Assembly: GCF_020745735.1 (NCBI RefSeq) | Contig: NC_083445.1 | Span: 2,356,001-2,420,000 of the forward strand | DNA length: 64,000 nucleotides | Direction of reading: 5' to 3' | DNA from: Hemiscyllium ocellatum | Lineage: Eukaryota | In this document: in pieces, positions 49,191-62,203 of the stretch | Numbering within the stretch: the first letter of the stretch is position 1 | Layout: every line of letters starts with the position of its first letter | Notes under the pieces: generated by a model | Seen by the model: the letters and a program-made list of their open reading frames with translations, nothing else | What the model was told of the DNA's origin: nothing | Database searches by the model: none | Position numbers and translations under genes: made by a program

Positions 49191-49577
49191 AGGCCACAGT
49201 TCCAGTTTATCAGTTACCAGCAAACACAATCCTGAACATCCCCTGCTAACAGGCACAACTCTCAGCTGTACCAGCTTTCCAGAAGTGAACAACTCCAGAA
49301 TTGCTATGGCATGCCTGTGTTCTCACAAAACATAGTTTTTCACTTTACTTAGCAACATGTGACTACAATTAATCAAGTCAGAACTACTTAATTCATATTT
49401 TTTAAAGAAAATACATCTTTAAAGAACATGTAACAAAATCATATAATCAAAAATCATTTCATAAATAAAATTTTGTGAGACAGTTTCTGGAGACAATCTC
49501 TGATCCAAAAACCTAACCCGTTCACCACACCGTTCAGATTCTGATTAACTCTGCAGTAATGTTCTTCCACATCTTAC

Positions 49578-49677
49578 CCGATATGAACGAGACCCATATC
49601 TGCATCCCCCAGGAGGTCGACAGTAGAATCAGATGGGCTGTTTTAACCAGGCTAGTAGGATCTCCTTCTGTGGGCAT
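49578..49677 (-). CDS. TMEM205: TMEM205 first coding exon MPTEGDPTSLVKTAHLILLSTSWGMQIWVSFIS
   Basis: WGMQxWVxF signature; |gtaag donor; exon starts at 49696. Total CDS is 567 nt = 188 aa. Confidence 0.95.
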
Positions 49678-49809
49678 TCTGTTATCTCAACAAGCCCTGT
49701 TTTATTACAATGAAAAGGAAAAATTAATTTAATCCAATTTATTTTATTAACATCAGTTTTCACCTCTAAGATGTCAAATTTTGTTGGCGACAAGATCCTT
49801 GAAATTTGC

Positions 49810-50410
49810 CACCCAGACTGATAGGGTTGTTCAGAAGGCATATGGCCTGTTAGCTTTTACTGGTAGTGGGATTGAGTTTCGGAGCCATGAGGTCATGTTG
49901 CAGCTGTACAAAATACTGGAGCGGCCGCACTTGGAGTAATGTGTACAGTTCTAGTCACCGCATTATAGGAAGGATGTGGTAGCTTTGGAAAGGGTGCAAA
50001 GGAGATTTACCAGGATATTGCCTGGGACGGAGGGAAGGTCTTACAAGGAAAGGCTGATTTCCTTGGAGAGAAGTTGAGACGTGACTTAATTGAGACATGT
50101 AAGATAATCAGAAGGTTAGATAGGGTGGACAGTGAGAGCCTTTTTCCTCCAATGGTGATGGCTAGCACAAGGGGACATAGCTTTAAACTGAAGGGTGATA
50201 GATATAGGACAGATGTCAGAGGTAGTTTCTTTACTCAGAGAGTAATAGGGCGTGGAACGCACTACCTGCAACAGTAGTAGACTCACCAACTGATAGTCAT
50301 ATGGAAGAAAATGGAATTGTGCAGGTTAGATAGGCTTCAGATTAGTTTTACAGGTCAGTGCAACATCGAGGGCTGAAGGGCCTTTACTGTGCTGTAATGT
50401 TCTATGTTCT
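49810..50410 (+). mobile_element. CR1 LINE 3' fragment
   Basis: RRDLIETCKII...RGHSFKLKG...SFFTQRV; (ttctatg) tail. Confidence 0.85.
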
Positions 50411-51001
50411 ATCTAGAACAGGGTCCAAGTGAAAGGCTATTAATAAAAAAACAAAGCTTCTATTTTAAAACAAAAGCAAAAGACTGCAGAAATAAAAGTA
50501 GAAAATGTAGAGCAAGTCAGGCAATATCTCTGGAGAGAGAAGCTGGTCATGTTCCAGGGCTGTGACCTGTGATGTGAAATGACTCGTTATCACTCTCAAT
50601 ACACCTAGGTGCTGGTTCTCATGCGTCAATTGCAACTTGATGGTAATACATGCACCTCCCAGCTAGGAGGTTGTGGGTTCTTGTCCCACATCAATCAGAG
50701 ACTTAACCGTACAATCTTCCACAAAGTGGGCACAGTCAACTCACTGTTTGTGTCAAGAAACATTCTGTTGCTCTTTAATATATTTAATATTTTATTTGAG
50801 GGCTTTCATTTTCTACAATTATGAAACTCCAGGGCTTGTGGCAATATATGCATTGGTTTCTGTTAGAGATCACTACAAATGTGTTTTTTTGTAATTAGGA
50901 CTTGCTCAGGAAACACAATAAGTTCTTTCAATCACTCTTCCATAGTGCTGGGAATGGAAGGTGTGACTGATAAGGAGAGGCTGGATAGGATGGGACTTTG
51001 T

Positions 51002-51313
51002 GGGTGGCATGGTGGCACAGTGGTTAGCACTGCTGCCTCACAGCGCCTGAGACCCTGGTTCAATTCCCGACTCAGGCGACTGACTGTGTGGAGTTTGCAC
51101 ATTCTCCCCGTGTCTGCGTGGGTTTCCTCCGGGTGCTCCGGTTTCCTCCCACAGTCCAAAGATGTGCGGGTCAGGTGAATTAGCCATGCTAAATTGCCCG
51201 TAGTGTTAGGTAAGGGGTAAATGTAGGGGTATGGGTGGGTTGCGCTTTGTTGGGTCGGTGTGGACTTGTTGGGCCGAAGGGCCTGTTTCCACACTGTAAG
51301 TAATCTAATCTAA
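51002..51313 (+). mobile_element. Near full-length V-SINE (HE1-like)
   Basis: tRNA boxes A and B, V-domain, CR1-like 3' end gggccgaagggcctgtttccacactg and (aatct)n tail. Confidence 0.93.
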
Positions 51314-51329
51314 TTTTTTCAGGCAGGCA

Positions 51330-51600
51330 GAAGTGAGGACCGCAGATACTGGAAACCAGAGTTTAGATTAGAGTGGTGCTGGAAAAGGTCAGGCAGCATC
51401 CGAGGAGCAGGAAAATCAACGTTTCAGGCAAAAGCCCTTCATCAGGAATGGAGGCAGGGAGCTTCCAGGGTGGAGATAAATGGGGTGGGTGGCTGGGGAG
51501 AAGGTAGCAAAGAGTACAAGAGGTGGATGGGGGTGGGGATGGAGGTGATAGGTCAGAGAGGAGGGTGGAGTGCATAGGTGGGAAGGGATATTGGCGGGTG
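51330..51600 (-). mobile_element. PLE family A terminal fragment with HHR core (about 51415-51449)
   Basis: CUGAUGA-A-GGGC-UUUU-GCCU-GAAA-CG-UU. Confidence 0.7.
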
Positions 51601-52035
51601 GGGGATTTCAAAACCAGGGACACATTTTTAAGGAAAGAGAAAGATTTTGAAAAGACATGAGGGGCTTTTTTCTATATACAGAGCAGTTCGTGTGTGGAAT
51701 GAACTTCCAGAGGAGTGGTGGATGTGGGTTTAAAAGATATAAACAGGAAATGTTTTGAGGGAATAAGATCCAAGTGCAGGCAGGTGGGATTATGTTCAGC
51801 ATGAATTGGCTGGACCAAAGAGTCTGTTTCTGTGCTGTATGACTCGAGTCTATAACAAATAGATTTCATTTTGAACTCATACCAAGAGAATTTTGTTTCA
51901 GAAACATAGGAGTTCAGCTGGCCAGTATCTTCCTCTCAGGCTTTTTCTTCCCCCCACTGAAGACCAGAGCACACTCCAAGACAAACACTGTTCAAACTGC
52001 TGCTGCAGGATTTCCTAGAGAACACAAGTTATGAT

Positions 52036-52348
52036 GTTAAAAATCACACAACACCAGGTTATAGTCCAACAGGTTTAATTGGAAGCACTAGCTTTTGGAG
52101 CGTCACTCCTTCATCAGGTGGTTGTGGAGGAGGATCATAAGACACAGGATTTATAGCAAAAGTTACATCACACTGTAAATGTTTGCTATAAATTCTGTGC
52201 CTTACAATTGTGTCCTCCACTACCACCTGATGAAGGAGCGACGCTCCGAAAGCTAGTGCTTCCAATTAAACCTGTTGGACTATAATCTGGTGTTGTGAGA
52301 TTTTTAACTTTGTACACCCCAGTCCAACACCGGCTCCTCCAAATCATG
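52036..52348. mobile_element. About 310-bp palindromic family B HHR element (copy 2); 12-bp TSD
   Basis: ACAAGTTATGAT at 52024-52035 and 52349-52360. Intact HHR at 52224-52258 (+). Confidence 0.92.
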
Positions 52349-52769
52349 ACAAGTTATGATAACTGGCTGTGTTTTTTCTGTGGAGCGGCTGTTTCGACTG
52401 CACTGTGTATGTTCCCCTGCAGTTATATTCAAAACTCTGAGCATACGTGTGTGCGATGCACAGACAGTGAAATACTGAGAGGTAGGAGGCTATACTGAAT
52501 GTCTCTGCCCATTCCTCCTCTACCTCTGTTGGTACTGACTGATCAAGTGGCTATTCACAACTATATCTAAACATTACTGACATCAGCCAGTCCTGCACCA
52601 GGTTACTCAATCCACAGCTATCCAGATGGTGACAGAAACTGTAACTGTGGGGTGACTCTATGCTACCTCTCGCTGGGGAATGCTGTCCCAGGTCTCAGTG
52701 ACCAGAGTCATTCACTCTGCAGCCTGACCACAACCCCCTGACAGTCTGATCACTGCCTACTCCAGCTAC

Positions 52770-52930
52770 TTCCGCCTGTGGGCGGGGCCAGAGCGGAAAC
52801 GGGGGGTCTGAGTGGAAATGGGCGGGGCCAGAGCGGAAATGGGCGGGGTCAGTGTGGAAGAGCGCGGGGTCAGAAGCCACGCCCCATGCATTGGAATCGC
52901 CTACGTCACACGTTCGCGAGAAGCCCGGAC
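52770..52930. promoter_or_regulatory. Tandem GC-box/ETS units and a TCGCGAGA motif in TMEM205 intron 1
   Basis: (G)GGCGGGGCCAGAGCGGAAA repeated about 4 times with decay; TACGTCA; TTCGCGAGA at about 52913-52921. Confidence 0.55.
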
Positions 52931-53087
52931 GGTTAACGGTCAACCGTCAGCGGGCGGCAACAGAGAAGCGGATACTTGGAGGGACTTAGGGGGAAGGTGG
53001 AGGGGATTGTCCCGACTGTTTTTAACTGACACTAATCTGCCCTGAAGCTCTCCGCTGGCCGGCTGTCTGACTGCTCCTGTCACTCAC

Positions 53088-53402
53088 CTGCTGCGTGCTT
53101 CGGGCCACAACCGCACCTACCGCCTCGGATTGACAGGCGCGGCCTTCAATCGACAAGCAGCCGCGCTGTGATTGACGTGGAGCATGCCCGGGCCTTCCGG
53201 TAATGGAGCCAATCACAGACAGGCGGGCGGAGTTCCCGCTCTCTCCCCTCCCCAGGCTTGGTTGAGAGACTGGCCGCTAGCCCCGCCCCCCCTGTGCCGG
53301 TCTTACGGGGGCTGCTGTGTAACAAACCACTCAGCGTCGACGTAATGCGTTTGTGTTTAATCACACGGTTTGAAATCTGGTGGTGGTGCAAAGCTACTAC
53401 AG
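53088..53402. promoter_or_regulatory. CpG-rich bidirectional promoter with divergent non-coding first exons (TMEM205 -, CCDC159-like +)
   Basis: Minus donor CAG|gtgagt at 53088 and plus donor CAG|gtaagt at 53402. Between them: TGACGTGG at 53173, CTTCCGG near 53194, CCAAT near 53209, GC boxes near 53222 and 53281. Confidence 0.75.
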
Positions 53403-56400
53403 GTAAGTGAGTTAGGGCAGCAAGAAAAAAATCAAAAGATATGTTTAACAACAAATTTAAAACTGATTTTGAGCCGAAAAGAATTGAAACCTTACAAGTT
53501 GAATATTCATTATTATTGCATTATATTCACAGAACTTCTGACTATAGGGTCATACTCTTACATTTGACAATGGGTTGTGTTGCAGTCTTCAAATCAAGTG
53601 AATCATTTAGTAAATGGTGACTATAAACAGTAAAACATCCCCAAATACCACACCATGAAGATGGGTAGGTCTCATTGTTTCTTCATGGCTGTTGGGTCAC
53701 AACCCTGGAATTCCCCTTCTTCTATACCTCAGTATAAAGCAGCAGAAAGCAGCCCAGTGGTATTATCGCTGAACTATAATCCAGAAACCCATGTAATTTT
53801 CTGGGGACTTGGGTTTGAATCTTGCCATGGCGGATGGTGGCATCTTAATTCAATAATAATCTGGAAGTGAGTGTTCAATGATGACCACGAAACCATTGTC
53901 GGTTGTCAAGGATAGATCTGTCTGGTTCTTGAGGGAAGGAAATCTGCCAGGTCTGGTCTACAAGTGACTCCAGACTGACGGCAATGTGGGTGACTCCTTA
54001 CTGCCCTCTGGGCCATGAGGGATGGGCGGTTAATGTTGGCCTAGCCAGTGAACTCCCACTTCCCATGAATGAATTTTAAAAAGTAGCCCTTTGAGCGTGT
54101 TCTGCCATTCAGATTGATCAGAGCTGATCTTCTATCTCCACTCTATCCCTGTATCCCTTGATAACATTAATATCTCCACAGAGTACTTTCAGCATGACTG
54201 TAGCAACTTTAGAAGGCATCTTTTCAGGGCAACTTAGAATGGGCAAGAAATTAAGCACACATCGGAAATAATTTCCCTTCAAATTTGATGTGAACCAGGG
54301 ATGGGACAATGGTTTGGAAAACAGACTAGTCAGGTGCCCATTTACAAAGAAGATGACAAATAAAACCAAGTGACTACTGACCTTCAGTACTGTTCGATAT
54401 AATGGAATTATTGAAAAATCAGGATCATAGTGACCTAATAAACAGCATTCAACATGATCGGACAAGGGAAATATCCTTGTCATCTCAATACAAAGCCCTT
54501 CTGATTTTTTTTCTGTAGCTTTCAAAAATAAGTCATTAAATGGAACACTATGTTGAGCTCAAAGCTGGGAAATCCAGTGTAAGAGTTAGGACTTGATATG
54601 ATATATAATAAATACTTCCCAAACTATTTAATTCTTCAAAGTTAGAAATGTGACCCCTGATGGCATGAGAAGCAAAACAGCATAAATGGCATTCAATATA
54701 TAATTATCAAAATTTACAGATTAAAGATGAAATATAGTATACCATTATAAATATTAAAATCAATGTTTTAAAGTAATTTATTTTTAAAAATAGTTATTAC
54801 TTTCCATACTCGTCAGCTCATTACTTCAACTGAGCCACTCTGTGGAACTTGGCCATGAAGCAATGAATACTGTTAATGTTAACATTTGCATTCAACATTA
54901 CTTAGAACATAGAAGAGTACAGCACAGCACAGGCCCTTCAGCCCTCGGTGTTGTGCTGGCCTTTTATCCTACTCTAAGATCAGATTAACTACATACCCTT
55001 CATTGTCCTATCTTACGTGTACCTATCCAAGAGTTGCTTAAATGTCCCTAATGTATCTGACTGTACTACCACTGCTAAAGGCCAACATGACATCATTGGT
55101 TTTAATGTGCTACAAGTCCCCAACTAAACTTTTAATTCTTTCGACTGTTTTCTTTCTCCATCTTTCCTCTCTTCCTCCTCCATACACTCACACTTACACT
55201 TTAATTAGTTTTCGCTAATCTACACCAAATGGTTGCAGAGGTTTCAGAAGGTAGATCACCATTACTTTCTCAAGCGTAACTAGGGATGGACTATAAAGGC
55301 CAGTGACACCCATATTCATGAGTAAATGGCCCACAATCCCCTCACCCATACACATGATCACAGACAGTCACTATCAGCCCCTTCACCACATACACACACA
55401 CACTAAGGTCATGTGGCAGGGTTTGTGGGGACCCTGAGCCCTGAAAGCAGCATCTTTCAAAGTTGTTGAGAAGAAGGCTGCCAGTGCAGAGGATGGATTC
55501 AGCAGAAAGACTCAATAGGAGAAGGGTAAAATGCTTTTCCATTGAGTCATCTCATTTCACTTCAATAGTGTGCAGATCATAACAATAAGACTCAGAGCGT
55601 GAGTAAGAAAGACCATGCGTCCCGAGTGAATGAGCAGGGTCAGAAGCTGCCTGGGCCTTGTTGCTGGTGTACTTTGGAGAAAGAGCAGCTCACAACATAA
55701 TTCACTGTAATTTCTATATTCACCTGGGCTCAAAGTTGAAGAGCAGGGATCTATTGGAGATGTTATGTGAAGCTGGGAGACAAGAGACACAGTTGTAGAG
55801 TAACCCGAGGATTAGGAGTTTCTGCTCTGCATCATCACATTGCAAATTTGTGAAGTGTGTAATGTCACACCCAATCCAGGAAAAGCACTTCCTTACGAAG
55901 AGACAGTGAACAACATGTGTAAGTAGGCAGAGCCATGAGACGTTTGGCACAGGCAAGCAGAATGTCTTACACAGGAAATTAAAATAATTGACATACTGTA
56001 AGAATAATTTGCGGTGTGACATATAAGATAGATTCGTTCCCATGGCTCACTGTTTCTGGAATGTTCCAGACACACACAAGCGATGTTGTTTTATGTCTTG
56101 TTTTATCAATGGCTGCTGGTCTTTACAACAGGTGCATTGTCTCACTGTCCCTCAGCAGTCGTTACACATTGCGACAATGCAGTGACTACATGAGTGATAG
56201 GCCCCACTAACAAGATCCTGATATCTATCCAAAACTTTCATCTCCCACAAAATTGAGCATTATTGTGTAAGAATTTCAGCATTGGTGTGATGTCAGGTAC
56301 CAGGGTTGTACATTCCTGTGATCAATTGATCATATTGAGCAGCATTTTGCTTCAGTTATTTATTCTGGGCAGAGTACAGATTGGACTCAATTAGCCAGTA

Positions 56401-58212
56401 GTTGCAAAACCCAAAGCAAAATATCTACTGTTAGATGTGATTCCTCAACTAGGCATAAATTGCTGAACAGTTCCTAATATTCTGAATGCAACTATGTTAA
56501 AACCAATTTAAGATAATCAGCTAAATTCGTGATATTGTTCATTTATGTTTGATAACAGTGACACAGATTCATACCGAGGGACCTGTTCTTTGTAAAAGTT
56601 CAAACCTTGTATCTTCTTTTACTTGCACAGGACCTTAGGGAAACTAGAGTTCCCAATGTAATGATTCGATTCATCTCAGATGATTTGCCAACCAATCAAC
56701 ATCCCTTTTTCCTGCAACATAAATTGTTGTGATTATTTGAAATGTGATATTCTCGTATGTCCTGATGAGTGCAAAACAAAACAGCCGGTTCAACAGTGAT
56801 ATATACTGAACCAAGATGTAAAACCAGAGCAAATCCTTTTGGAATTGAATGGATATTGATCCAATCGTGAACAGTGTACCTAGTTCTGTTTACTAAAATA
56901 TTGGGAAACATTCAAAACCTGATGGTGATGAAGAGACAGGAGGCTGGTGTACTTTGCCACTGGCTATGAGCAGCCTGGGATAATGAATAAGGTGGAGAAT
57001 GAGTTGGGAAAGAAAAGAAGAAATCTGGAAAATAATTTCCAATTAAGCTGGGAGAGCAGTATAACAGCAAACACAGGTATAGATTAACAGAAAACAAGCT
57101 GGGAAAATCCTTCTTTACACATAGATTTCCAGATAGAATAGTGGAGGTGAGAAGCTTGGATTAATGAAGAAATAACTGAGTATCAGAATCGATGTAGCCA
57201 ATGTTGGATTGCCCAAGATGAACAGAATGGACTTGCTCTCTTGTAATCACCTTGTCATCTTTTTGAGAGATCACTATCAATCAGTCAAGGGATCACACAA
57301 ATTGGGAACATATTGTGAGGACCCACCTCAGCCATGGTGTCAGATCAGGGACGAGAGGCAGGAGTTTAATGGTCATTGTAGATTATTGCCAAACTGTGTA
57401 AAGCACTAGTGCTGGGCCTTCCCGGAAGTTCGTTTGTGCAATACATGATGAACCAGATCTTTGCACTGCTGCTGAACTAAAGTTTGTGACTGCAGAGATG
57501 TATATATTAAAATCAGGGATTAGTTCATGTCAGTATAAGTTCTCAAAACTCTCAACAACCAAAGGCCCATAATTTTCTTGAGTTCACTACTCCTGTCTCC
57601 TACTGTAACCTGTCATCACTTACGAAGAACATAAATTTCAGAGATTTTGGTCAAGAATCTCACATGATAGCAGCACGTGTCAGAGACAGCTTTCCAGTTC
57701 TCTAACTGCTGAATTTATTCTGACATTCCAAAACATGCATTTTATCATGTATAAGACACCATAGTGCACTGAAATTTAGTTTTAACTTTTTCATTCTAAA
57801 TCATGCAACTTTCTCAATGTATTCATTAGATGGTTTCAATTATTTGACAATTAATTATAGTAAATAAGATGGAAAGTAACAAAGACAGAGATTTAGCAGT
57901 AATTGCTAATGGCGAAAAAGTTTGCTGAAAGAAATTAGGAGCTTTCAGAGTGCAATTATTCTCACTATCAATGGGTCAGAGTCTGAAACTCTCTCCCAGA
58001 CACTTGGAGCTGGTTCACACAGACTGCAATGGTTCGAGAGGGTGGTTCACAACAGCACGAGAGATTAGTGACAAATGCTGCTCCCCTGGGAGAAATTCCA
58101 TACCTAGTCACTGCGATTATGGTAAAGACAGGAACAATATCTAGTGAAACTATGTACGAAATGCTGTGATGAACTTTTGTGCTTTGCTTTTACAGTTTGC
58201 TAGGTTTGAGAG

Positions 58213-58272
58213 ATGAACACTGATATTTCGCTCATGTCTCGGATCACCACTGATAGTGATGGGGATACCATG
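58213..58272 (+). CDS. CCDC159: CCDC159-like putative first coding exon MNTDISLMSRITTDSDGDTM (exon 58196-58272)
   Basis: ttttacag| acceptor, |gtaagt donor; phase 0 fits the next exon. No sequence similarity recognised. Confidence 0.5.
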
Positions 58273-59989
58273 GTAAGTCAGTGTTGCTCAAGTTGGACAC
58301 GCACCTTGTGGTCTTGAGGCAACAGTCTATAAAGTTAAAAGCAGCAAGCTGTGATCATCACAGGGAGGGGCTGAAAGGGACAGTGAGTATGAATTCTATT
58401 CACAGATTTCTGGTGTCACATTTGGCTCTGAGTTGAATTTCTGACTGATACATGCCATCTTTAACACTGCCATTTACTCCTCTGTACCACACTTCAGTTT
58501 TGCTTGTCTCAACCCATCCATGTTTTTGTTTCCTTTGACTTGACTATTCCAGCACAGTCTGCTGAACTTCCACATTCTCCCCTCTGAAAACTTGTGCTGT
58601 TCCAAAACTCTGCTCCTGATTCCTAACTTGAAGCATGTACCATGATCTGTGTCTCAGCAATGCTTTTGGTGCCCTACGTCCGCTCCAAGTTAATCACCAT
58701 CTTGATTTTAAAACTTATCTTCTTTTTTCAAAGCCATTCCTGGCCTCACTCCCTCTTTCCGTAATCTACTGCAACCTCAAAATTCTCGAACTTAATCAGT
58801 GCTGTTTTGGTTGTGGCCTCTGTATTTCCAGTTGTAATTCCTCCACCATGTGCCTGGAACCCAGGCTCTGAAATATCCTCTTCACTTTCTCTCTCCTTTC
58901 ACCTCTTTACTTCACTTTCCTCCTCAAAGACACTTCTTAACACCTACCTCTTTGACCAAGCTTTTGGCCCTCCAACTGATTACTTCCTTGTGTGGTTCAG
59001 TGTCATACTTTGTTTTATAATGCTTCAGTGAAATGCCTGAAGATGTTTCATTACATTAAAGGCTCCATGTAAATATAAACTGTTGTTGTAGATCATAGAA
59101 ATTAATTACAGAAAATGGCTTCACCCTCTCCACATCATGTCAGTGCTAACTGAAGAATATTCAGCACTGATCCATTCTAAATGCTGTAGTGATGAGGGTT
59201 TCTGCTTCAGTTTCAGACTCAGTTCCACAACCCTACAATCCACTGAATGGAAAGAGATTCTCAACTCTAATTCTTCTGCAAATGTCCTTCAGTTTGTTCT
59301 GCCTGCTTATTAACCTGTTTGCTGAGGAGACTAGATCCTTGCTAACTATCTGGGATCCCCTATAATTTTACATACCTCAATTAAATTTCCCCTCAGCCTC
59401 TGCTGCTCCAATCAAGATATTCCTAATTTATAATCTTCACTCAGAGCCATCATTCTCCAATTTTGGCAATTTCCCAGTAAGCCTCCTTTCTGTTGTTATG
59501 TGTGACGCTAGGCTTCCTATAATATCGTGATCAGGACTGTATATAGTACTCTAACTATAGGACTTTGCAAGCAGTAGGACCTACAGTCAGTGATACAACA
59601 AAATAACTTGGATCATGATGAAACAAGTGGAGCCAGTGAACATTCCTGTGGTGTCAGAGCAAAACAGTTTCCCTGTCTCTCAGTGACACCCTTTATCATC
59701 TAGCACCTTGTTAGCATGATGAAACATCGGCCAGTCCTTACACTTCCAGCTGTATTCAAACATATCACCCAATCTTGACGTCTCCACCTTGGTAAAAGTG
59801 CCAGTTTCTGACACAGAATCATTCACAGACTTAAGCACAGAGTCACTGTATCCCTTAACATCAGACATGTTGAAACCACTACTGCTAATCTCCCAAACAA
59901 GCTCTTTTCTACCCTGTTAGGGAACAACTGCAGAAAATGCAGAGATACCTGGCCAGGTAATCTCAGTTGGCTACTATTCGAACAACTTC

Positions 59990-61700
59990 CTCCTGTCACT
60001 CTGTAACAGACTCAACAGACCAAATGGCCTCTTCCTGTCCCTCTATAACAGAGTCGATAGGCTGAATGGCCTCCACCTGTCCCTCCGTAACAGACACGAT
60101 AGGCTGAATGGCCTCCTCCGTCCCTCTGTAACAAACACAAGGGGCTGAATGGCCTCCACATGTTCCTCTCTAACAGGACCGAGGGGCTGAATGGCCTCCT
60201 CCTGTACTGCTGTAACAGACACAGGGGGTTAATGGCATCCTCCTGTTCCTCTGTAACAGGATCGAGAGGCTGAATGGCCTCCTCCTATCCCTCTGTAACA
60301 GACACAAGGGCTGAATGGCCTCTTCCTGTCCGTCTGTCACAGGCCTGAGGGGCTGAATGGCCTCCTCGATAAACAATAGACAATAGGTGCAGGAGTAGGC
60401 CATTCTGCCTTTCGATCCTGCACCACCATTCAATATGATCATGGCTAATCATCCTTAATCAGTATCCTGTTCCTGCCTTATCTCCATAACCCTTGATTCC
60501 ACTATCTTTGAGAGCTCTATCCAACTCTTAAATGAATCCAGAGACTGGGCCTCCACTGCCCTCTGGGGCAGAGCATTCCACACAGCCACCACTCTCTGGG
60601 TGAAGAAGTTTCTCCTCAACTCTGTCCTAAATAGTCCTAAATTTTTAAGCTATGTCCTCTGGTTCGGCACTCACCCATCAGCGGAAACATGCTTCCTGCC
60701 TCCAGAGTGTCCAATCCTTTAATAATTTTATATGTCTTAATCAGATCCCCTCTCAGTCTTCTAAACTCAAAGGTATACAAGCCCAGTCGCTTCAGTCTTT
60801 CAGTGTAAGGTAATCCCGCCATTCCAGGAATTGATCTCGTGAACCTACGATGCACTCCCTCAATAGCCAGAATGTCTTTCCTCAAATTTGGAGACCAGAA
60901 CTGCGCACAATATTCCAGGTGTGGTCTCACCAGGGCCCTGTACAGCTGCAGAAGAACCTCTTTGCTTCTATACTCAATCCCTCTTGTTATGAAGGCCAGC
61001 ATGCTATTAGCCTTCTTCACTACCTGCTGTACCTGCATGCTTACCTTCATTGACTGGTGTACAAGAACACCCAGATCTCTCTGTACTGCCCCTTTACCTA
61101 AATTGACTCCATTTAGGTAGTAATCTGCCTTCCTGTTCTTGACACCAAAGTGGATAACCATATATTTATCCACATTAAACTGCATCTGCCATGCATCTGA
61201 CCACACACCTAACCTGTCCAGATCACCCTGTAATCTCCTAACATCCTCATCACATTTCACCCTGCCTCTCAGCTTAGTATTATCAGCAAATTTGCTAATG
61301 TTATTACTAATACCATCTTCTAGATCATGAACATATATTGTAAAATGCTGCAGTCCCAGCACTGATCCCTGCGGTATCCCACTGGTCACTGCCTACCATT
61401 CCGAAAGGGAGCCGTTTATCACTACTCTTTGTTTCCTATCAGCCAACCAACTTTCAATCCAAGTTAGTACTTTGCCCCCATACCATGCGTCCTCCTGTCC
61501 TGCTGTAACAGGCCTGATGAGCTGAATGGCCTCCTCCTGTCCCTCTGTGATCGACACAAGGGGCTAAATGGCCTCTCCCTGTCTCTCTCTAATAGACCCG
61601 AGAGGCCGAATAGCCTCCTCCTGTCCCTCTGTAACAGACCCGAGAGGCCGAATGGCCTCCTCTTGTTGCCCATTAACCAGCTGAGGAGGCTGAATGGGAA
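59990..61700. repeat. About 42-bp minisatellite (GGCTGAATGGCCTCCTCCTGTCCCTCTGTAACAGAC...) split by a LINE: about 59990-60367 and 61491-61700
   Basis: Same unit on both sides of the LINE. Confidence 0.9.
60370..61489 (-). mobile_element. Young 5'-truncated CR1-type LINE (RT C-terminal ORF, 250 aa)
   Basis: TSGIPQGSVLG, KFADNTKL, VRPHLEYCAQFWSP, RLRGDLI; (CAATAGA) tail at about 60374-60387. Confidence 0.95.
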
Positions 61701-62203
61701 TTTCTTCCTGCAAACAGCATGTTAAGGTCATTGCTTGACTGCTTGTGTTTCTGATCCCAGAGCAATGACAGATATTGAGATGCTGTGCTGTATTGGGACA
61801 ATGTCTCGTTTTATGGCTGTGCCTAAAACAAATTGCAAAAAAATGTTTGCTCACCAAAACTGTTGGTACAAACAGTTGCTGCTCCTGTCCGCCCTGGGTG
61901 GACAGGTATTCTGCATTGTGCCAACACTGTACAATTATCCTTCCTAACTTAGGCAAGAGCTGGGATACAGGGAAAATTAAGATGATTTTAGGAATCCGGA
62001 ATCTAGAGGTGATTGGGGATGGTTCCTCTGGAAATTTCCTTCAAGACAATATGTTTGAAATTTCTGAATTATTAAAGATGAACTCCCAAAACAGATCCAG
62101 GAAAAGTGTTCACTCCAATCAAATACTCCAGTAGGGGAGGGGAGGCCACTCAGTGGTGCTGATGCTCACTTACATTTCATCTGCACATTGGCCATATAGA
62201 GAG

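Noticed and set aside
48069-49292. Up to 359-aa ORFs (PASPGLSCIGVYTSIAWSQLHWG)
   Set aside because: A 37-bp repeat cycling through frames inside a TMEM205 intron.
51002-51075. tRNA-like box A/B sequences (also 14860-14938, 27362-27425, 28733-28775)
   Set aside because: SINE heads followed by V-domain or SINE body, not tRNA genes.
60637-61389. 250-aa RT ORF as a functional gene
   Set aside because: 5'-truncated LINE with the catalytic FADD changed to FADN.
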